A stretch of DNA of 64,000 bases, taken from positions 96,001-160,000 of IMG/VR virus record IMGVR_UViG_3300028392_001993; one strand, given 5' to 3'. This DNA comes from a virus. The position numbers and the translations under genes are program-made. The notes beneath the pieces were generated by a model. It ran no database searches, was not told the DNA's origin, and was given only the letters and a program-made list of their open reading frames with translations. Positions 58,904 to 64,000 of the stretch are shown here, piece by piece (position 1 is the first letter of the stretch; every line of letters starts with the position of its first letter).

Positions 58904-60058
58904 TTAAACTTTATACCACGAGAGAAATTGAGCAATCTTCTTGGTGACACTAGTCCAATCACCTCGTGTGGGCTGTCTGAACAGTGTGGCGGTTGAATAC
59001 CAAGGACTGTTGTTGCGATCCAACAACCAACGCCAGTCTTGACCATACTGGTTTAACATAATCCAAGTGGGCCTTCCTAATGCGCCACTCAGGTGACTGA
59101 TAGCAGTATCAACTGATACCACAACATCCATGTGCATGATCAGTGCGGCAGTGTCAGCAAAACTGGTGATTGATCCAGGATATCTGGTGACACCTACTGC
59201 ACTTAGTTGATCTTCCTCTTCAGGACTAGCATCAATCTGTAAATTGATCCATTCGTACTGAGGATTTGTTTTGATCATATCAAGTATCACTGGAAATGGC
59301 ACACTCTTGTGTTGATGGATCCAAGAATCTTTGCGACCACTCCAACTAACTCCCACACGCATACGCTTCTTGGGCCCTAGTCTATCCTGCCAACCTTTCA
59401 TCAAATCTGGTCTAGCAGTAAGATAATTTTGTAGTTTTGGAAGATTGTCTATGGTAATACCTAGTATGCCAGGGATACTCATGATAGGAACCCAGTAATC
59501 AAATTCTCCCATGTCTTCATTGTATCTGCCTGTGTGTTCGATAATATTACTTTGATTCAGCAAAGGGATCAGCCCATCTGTGACTTGTAGTTTAACTCGA
59601 GCACCTGCGGCATGCAGATTAAAAATAAATCTTGAGAACTGAATACAGTCCCCGTGTCCTTGTTCTCCTACGACCAAGATAGTTTTGTCTCGGATATCTT
59701 CCCCGCGCCATCGTGGTTGATCAAACTTGGGCTCAGCACCATTCAAGTGTTCAAACTGCCAGCGAGCTTCGTACTGTGCCCAACCACGCTGATAGTCGCC
59801 CATCAACAAGTATGCCACGGCTAGATTAAATTGTGCAGTGGTGTTTGAAGGATCCAACAAAATAGAATGTTGCAAGAAAGGTATAGCACGTTGGGGATGA
59901 CCCAGTTCACGCATGACATTGCCGTAGTTGCAAAATGCCGCGGCATTGTCGGGATCGTCGACTAGTACCTGTGCATAGCATTTTAGTGATTTTTCAGGTT
60001 CGTGGTCAGCACGATATTGATTGCCTTGTTCTATCAGATCGATTTGTTGTTGATTCAT
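58904..60058 (-). CDS. TPR-repeat glycosyltransferase (GT-B, GT9-like C-terminus)
   Basis: N-terminal TPRs (AAAFCNYGNVMRELG...AQFNLAVAYLLMG), EQGHGDCIQF, and DVVVSVDTAISHLSGALGRPTW. Confidence 0.85.
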   Translation of the reverse strand: MNQQQIDLIEQGNQYRADHEPEKSLKCYAQVLVDDPDNAAAFCNYGNVMRELGHPQRAIPFLQHSILLDPSNTTAQFNLAVAYLLMGDYQRGWAQYEARWQFEHLNGAEPKFDQPRWRGEDIRDKTILVVGEQGHGDCIQFSRFIFNLHAAGARVKLQVTDGLIPLLNQSNIIEHTGRYNEDMGEFDYWVPIMSIPGILGITIDNLPKLQNYLTARPDLMKGWQDRLGPKKRMRVGVSWSGRKDSWIHQHKSVPFPVILDMIKTNPQYEWINLQIDASPEEEDQLSAVGVTRYPGSITSFADTAALIMHMDVVVSVDTAISHLSGALGRPTWIMLNQYGQDWRWLLDRNNSPWYSTATLFRQPTRGDWTSVTKKIAQFLSWYKV

Positions 60059-60063
60059 AGGGA

Positions 60064-60107
60064 TATTTACGCTGTGGTAGTAGTGTATTTTACATTTTCG
60101 CTAAATA
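60064..60107. promoter_or_regulatory. Divergent late promoters: GTAAATA (-, 60070-64) and TAAATA (+, 60102-07)
   Basis: Both lie in the gap between the TPR-GT gene and the 60193 gene. Confidence 0.6.
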
Positions 60108-60130
60108 CTTGTCAACACAATACGGTGTTT

Positions 60131-60185
60131 TATGCAGGTTTCCCCTGCGTAGTGCCTAGAACGCACATCGGGCTTCTATAAGGAG
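60131..60185 (+). promoter_or_regulatory. Structured 5' leader: hairpin plus H-type pseudoknot abutting the RBS
   Basis: 8-bp hairpin at 60131-60151; S1 GTGC 60152-55 / GCAC 60163-66; S2 TAGAA 60157-61 / TTCTA 60174-78; AGGAG at 60181-85. Confidence 0.5.
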
Positions 60186-60192
60186 AAATCAA

Positions 60193-61032
60193 ATGGGAAG
60201 AGCTCTTAAAATTCAAAAAACAAACATTGGCGCCGGCACCAGTGTATCTGGATCTAATCCAGTAGTTACCTCATACAATCAAAACGTCTTGACAGACGCT
60301 GGTTACCCAAACTTTGGATCATTAACTGATCCAGTTTATAACTCGCCAGTTCAAACATTGGATAGCACACAGTATCTAGGCGTAGTTGGTGGCTCACCTA
60401 CTACCAGTACCGCAAGTGCAACCAATCCAGAAATTGCCGCATTGGTTAACATCTTGCTGGCAGATGGCACAAACACCTATTCAGTAGCCAGCAGTTACAC
60501 CGGTCGTATTATCCGCCAAAAAGGTTCACACAAGTTCCTGGTTGCCTACACAGGCGCAACTACAGCACTCAGTGTAGGTCTCATTGTCGGACAAGCATAT
60601 CAAATTGTGTCATTGGGAAACAGTGATTGGTCCACAGTATTAAGCGGCACAGCCGCAGTGGGCAGAGTATTCACTGCATTGTCGGTAGGTGCTGGTACTG
60701 GTACAGTATATCCAGTGGGACAATGTGTGTTGTCAAACACAGCCACTCCTTCGGCAGGCAACATGAGTATCTCTTATTCAGTAGGCGACTCAAGTGCTGT
60801 GTACGCCAGTTATATTACCAACAAGTGGGTACGTGACTGGAACGGCATGACTTATGGCAACTACAGTAACAGTAACCTTGGTACAAACACTCAATCTGCT
60901 GAAAACTTCTACCCTGTGAACTTCTTTACAGACGAAGGAACGGTCACATGGTCTGGTGCTGAAGTTATCAACAGTTCACAATCACAAAACGGTTCATTGC
61001 AATTGGCACAAGTGGACAGCGTTACAAGTTAA
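60193..61032 (+). CDS. Ser/Thr/Gly-rich virion structural protein
   Basis: Late promoter and strong RBS; MGRALKIQK N-terminus; IIRQKGSHKFLV; shares a ~45-aa module with the giant baseplate protein. Confidence 0.6.
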   Translation: MGRALKIQKTNIGAGTSVSGSNPVVTSYNQNVLTDAGYPNFGSLTDPVYNSPVQTLDSTQYLGVVGGSPTTSTASATNPEIAALVNILLADGTNTYSVASSYTGRIIRQKGSHKFLVAYTGATTALSVGLIVGQAYQIVSLGNSDWSTVLSGTAAVGRVFTALSVGAGTGTVYPVGQCVLSNTATPSAGNMSISYSVGDSSAVYASYITNKWVRDWNGMTYGNYSNSNLGTNTQSAENFYPVNFFTDEGTVTWSGAEVINSSQSQNGSLQLAQVDSVTS

Positions 61033-61047
61033 TTTGTAACCCCTAAC

Positions 61048-61080
61048 AATCCTCTCAGCTACATACTGGGAGGATTTTTT
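61048..61080 (+). terminator. Terminator-like 11-bp hairpin that also sequesters the next RBS
   Basis: AATCCTCTCAG-ctacata-CTGGGAGGATT-TTTT, immediately followed by ATG 61081. Confidence 0.7.
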
Positions 61081-61665
61081 ATGGCCGCGGCATTTGTATT
61101 GGGTAACGGTGTAAGCCGACAAGCAATAGATTTAACTGTGTTAAAAACATTAGGGACCACCTATGGATGCAATGCTATCTATCGTGAGTTTGAACCTGAT
61201 GTGTTGATCAGCACTGATGTACCCATAAGCGAACGCATACAACACGATAGGTATAGTCAAACACATACACATTATACTAGAAAACCTTTTCCAGACTCTG
61301 GTGCAAGGCGTATAGCACAAAAGTATTTTGGATTTAGTTCAGGCCCCGTGGCGGTTGGCCAGGCCGCACTAGATGGTGCTGTTGCTATCTATCTTATAGG
61401 ATTTGATATGGGTCCAACTCGCAATGGTAGATTCAACAACATCTATGCTGACACTGAGTTTTACAAAAAAAGTTCTGCTAATCCTACTTTTTCAGGCAAT
61501 TGGGTTAATCAAATAAAAACTATCGCTCGAGATTTTCCCAAAACTAGTTTTTTTAGAATAGTCGGGGATACCACAGCAGAAATACGCGACCTGTTGGCAA
61601 TACCTAATCTAACACACCTTCAAATGGCGGATTTTCAAACTCGCCTGGCCCATAAAGAAATTTAG
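61081..61665 (+). CDS. Maf/CstII(GT42)/MptE-like nucleotide-sugar-binding protein
   Basis: FVLGNGVSR, YGCN, PDVLISTD, FSSGPVA...AIYLIGFDM: the GNGxS...GxD signature of this Rossmann-like group. Confidence 0.6.
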   Translation: MAAAFVLGNGVSRQAIDLTVLKTLGTTYGCNAIYREFEPDVLISTDVPISERIQHDRYSQTHTHYTRKPFPDSGARRIAQKYFGFSSGPVAVGQAALDGAVAIYLIGFDMGPTRNGRFNNIYADTEFYKKSSANPTFSGNWVNQIKTIARDFPKTSFFRIVGDTTAEIRDLLAIPNLTHLQMADFQTRLAHKEI

Positions 61666-61692
61666 TCAAAAACCCCAACTTCTATCTTTAGC

Positions 61693-61698
61693 TAAATA
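61693..61698 (+). promoter_or_regulatory. Late promoter TAAATA
   Basis: Upstream of the GAGG RBS and ATG 61722. Confidence 0.6.
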
Positions 61699-61721
61699 TC
61701 ACAAGAGGATACGGTTTACCT

Positions 61722-64000
61722 ATGACGCAACAGATAATAGATGTGGGGGCAGCGGCCAACGACGGCACAGGTGAGCCCTTACGCAACGCCTTTACCGGAG
61801 TAAATGATAATTTTACGCAGATTTGGACTGCTGGACCAGTTGGTAGCCAGGTACAGATCACTGGTAACATAGTCACAACCACAGTTACTAATCTGGGTCT
61901 TACCCTGGCAGGCAACGGCATTGGCAATATCACAGCCAACAGCAGTATTGTACCTGGCACAGCTGGTGTGTACGATATTGGTGCACCGGACAATAAGTTT
62001 CAGTACATTTACGGTGACTACCTAGTTGGTAATGGTGCATTAATCACCGGGATCGTTGCTAACACCAGTTACAATAATTCAAACGTAGCGGCGTTCCTTC
62101 CTACATATACAGGCAATCTGGTCAGTTTAACTGGTCCAGTTAGAACCACAGCCAATGTCATAGCCGGCAATATTATAACCAGCGGATTCCTGGGAGTTTC
62201 AGGTGCTATCTCCGGTGGCAACATCACTGGTACTAATTTAATCAGTTCGGGCTATGTCTCTGCTGTAGGTAACATAACCACCACTGCTAATATATCTGGA
62301 AATTACCTACTTGGTAATGGCGCATTCATAACAGGCATCACAGCAACAAATATTGCAGCCGGCGCATTAACTGGAACAACACTCAGTTCAAACGTATTAT
62401 ATTCAAGTCTACAAGTTGTTGGCAATTTGGTTTATGTCAATGTTGATGGCAATATAACCACAACAGGTAGATTTATAGGTTCAGGTGCTGGCTTGACAAA
62501 TATTCCAGCGGCAAACATTGTTGGTACAATAGCCAATGCCTCATATGCCACTACTGCAGGCATAGCATACTCAGTATCGGCCGCAAATGTTTCTGGCACA
62601 GTGGCCAACGCCACATATGCTACCACAGCTGGTAGCGCCACCACAGCAACAATTGCTAACACAGCAAATGCTGTAGCAGGTGCAAATGTAACAGGTGTAG
62701 TGGCCAACGCAGCCTATGCTATTACTGCAGGATCGGCCACCACGGCTAACACAGCCAATACTTCAGCCACAGTCACAACTGCCGCACAACCAAACATTAC
62801 CAGTGTTGGTACGCTAACTTCAGTCTCAGTCTCTGGCAATGCCACCGCAGGAAATATATTAACCGGTGGTCAGATCAGCGCAATTGGAAATGTTTCTGGC
62901 AACTACTTTATCGGTAATGGTGCATTACTAACTGGTATTGCATCTAATGCAAGTGCTAATGCTGGTGCATTAGTAGGATCAACTCTTAGTAGCAATGTTG
63001 TATTCTCAAGTTTAACAACAGTTGGTAACCTGGTATCTGTCAATGTTGATGGCAATGTAATCACTGGTGGCAGATTCATTGGATCAGGCGCTGGTCTAAC
63101 CAACATACCTGGTGCCAATGTTTCTGGCAATGTGGCCAATGCCAATGTTGCGGCTACAGTTACTACTGCGGCACAACCAAATATAACTTCAGTTGGTACG
63201 CTAACTTCTTTAACTTCAACCGGTAACGTAACAGCAAATTACTTTATTGGTAACGGATCTTTATTAACAGGTATAGCCGCATCAAATGTCAATGCTGGTG
63301 CGTTGGTAGGATCAACACTGAGTGCAAATGTATTGTACTCGAGTCTGCAAACTGTTGGTAATTTGGTATCTGTTAATGTTACTGGTAACATCACTACAAC
63401 AGGTAGATTTATTGGATCTGGTGCTGGACTAACAAATATACCAGCAGGTAATATTTCTGGCACAGTGGCCAATGCCGCTTATGCTACCACAGCCGGACTA
63501 GCAACCACAGCAACAACTGCTAACACAGCAACCACAGTTACCTCTAATGCACAGCCAAACATTACTAGTGTTGGTACACTGACATCAGTCAGTGTTACAG
63601 GCAACGCCGGTGTTGGACGTTTGAACATCGGACAAGCCAACCTGTATATTACCAATACAAACCCGCCTGTACTGGCAGTTCAAGCAGACACCACTCAGTT
63701 TAGTGCTAATATTGATGTTGCTACAAATATCAGAACATATTCAGTTACTGCCAATGCTACAATTAGTGCCATTGGTAATATAACAGGTGGAAACTTAGTT
63801 ACTGCTGGTAACGCAACTGCGTCTTACTTTATTGGTAATGGCCGACAACTAACTGGCATTGTGGCTACCAGTGTTGGTAACCTAGATAGTTTAGTTGTAA
63901 TCGGCAATACCACAACAGGCAACTTGCTCACTGGCGGGTTGATCAGTGCAGTAGGCAACATCAAAACAGTTGCTAACGTTTCGGGCAATTACTTTATTGG
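61722..64000 (+). CDS. Long Ser/Thr/Asn/Gly-rich tail fibre-like protein, partial; runs off the right edge
   Basis: Not in the ORF track because there is no stop in the window. MTQQIIDVGAAANDGTGEPLRNAFTGVNDNF is a T4 gp9/gp10-type N-terminal motif, followed by modular repeats. Confidence 0.8.
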   Translation, partial: MTQQIIDVGAAANDGTGEPLRNAFTGVNDNFTQIWTAGPVGSQVQITGNIVTTTVTNLGLTLAGNGIGNITANSSIVPGTAGVYDIGAPDNKFQYIYGDYLVGNGALITGIVANTSYNNSNVAAFLPTYTGNLVSLTGPVRTTANVIAGNIITSGFLGVSGAISGGNITGTNLISSGYVSAVGNITTTANISGNYLLGNGAFITGITATNIAAGALTGTTLSSNVLYSSLQVVGNLVYVNVDGNITTTGRFIGSGAGLTNIPAANIVGTIANASYATTAGIAYSVSAANVSGTVANATYATTAGSATTATIANTANAVAGANVTGVVANAAYAITAGSATTANTANTSATVTTAAQPNITSVGTLTSVSVSGNATAGNILTGGQISAIGNVSGNYFIGNGALLTGIASNASANAGALVGSTLSSNVVFSSLTTVGNLVSVNVDGNVITGGRFIGSGAGLTNIPGANVSGNVANANVAATVTTAAQPNITSVGTLTSLTSTGNVTANYFIGNGSLLTGIAASNVNAGALVGSTLSANVLYSSLQTVGNLVSVNVTGNITTTGRFIGSGAGLTNIPAGNISGTVANAAYATTAGLATTATTANTATTVTSNAQPNITSVGTLTSVSVTGNAGVGRLNIGQANLYITNTNPPVLAVQADTTQFSANIDVATNIRTYSVTANATISAIGNITGGNLVTAGNATASYFIGNGRQLTGIVATSVGNLDSLVVIGNTTTGNLLTGGLISAVGNIKTVANVSGNYFI
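62361..63600 (+). repeat. Interleaved protein repeat modules in the terminal fibre gene
   Basis: Module A (GAL..STLSSNV..SSL..VGNLV.VNV.GN..T.GRFIGSGAGLTNIP) at 62361, 62964 and 63297; module B (TVTT.AQPNITSVGTLTS) at about 62766, 63153 and 63531. Confidence 0.85.

Noticed and set aside
8100-63472. Numerous 60-210-aa antisense or alternate-frame ORFs in the track (e.g. 12672-13313, 29689-30192, 36931-37392, 62432-62707)
   Set aside because: They shadow long genuine genes with biased codon usage and lack RBS, promoter context or recognisable motifs.
1-64000. CRISPR array or TIGR-like tandem guide array
   Set aside because: All tandem repeats found lie inside ORFs with periods that are multiples of 3 (42, 135, 171 nt), with no repeat-spacer alternation in non-coding DNA.
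1-64000. Stop-codon reassignment as seen in some large phages
   Set aside because: Core genes are full length in the standard code and tile the sequence at high density; TAA, TGA and TAG all end genes at sensible positions.

Overview
This is a 64-kb segment of a large T4-like myophage genome, probably from an environmental phage, in the standard genetic code. No tRNA, rRNA, CRISPR array or reverse transcriptase was seen. From left to right: (1) a minus-strand modification cluster at 1-7.9 kb with two radical-SAM enzymes and about five glycosyltransferase-like genes; (2) a minus-strand tail fibre/baseplate operon at 7.9-38.7 kb, including a 4770-aa wedge/adhesin protein, gp6, gp25, gp5, a hub-like protein, gp53 and a repeat-rich tube-initiator-like protein; (3) a plus-strand gp55-gp47-rSAM-rSAM-gp46-rSAM-rSAM operon; (4) a minimal GIY-YIG nuclease followed directly by a ~460-nt ORF-free, densely base-paired region (candidate large ncRNA) and a second GIY-YIG/NUMOD3 endonuclease; (5) a minus-strand gp26-like tail chaperone with a likely programmed -1 frameshift, coupled to three small enzymes, one resembling an aminoacyl-tRNA-protein transferase; (6) a plus-strand tape measure with an M15 peptidase domain, then portal, protease, scaffold and major capsid; (7) a TPR-glycosyltransferase, a Maf/CstII-like protein and a Ser/Thr/Asn-rich fibre running off the right end. 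The best candidate for an undescribed system is the compact GIY-YIG nuclease paired with the large structured RNA. The radical-SAM-interleaved gp46/47 operon and a possible virion glycosylation pathway come next. All family assignments come from motif recognition by eye and memory, not from database searches.
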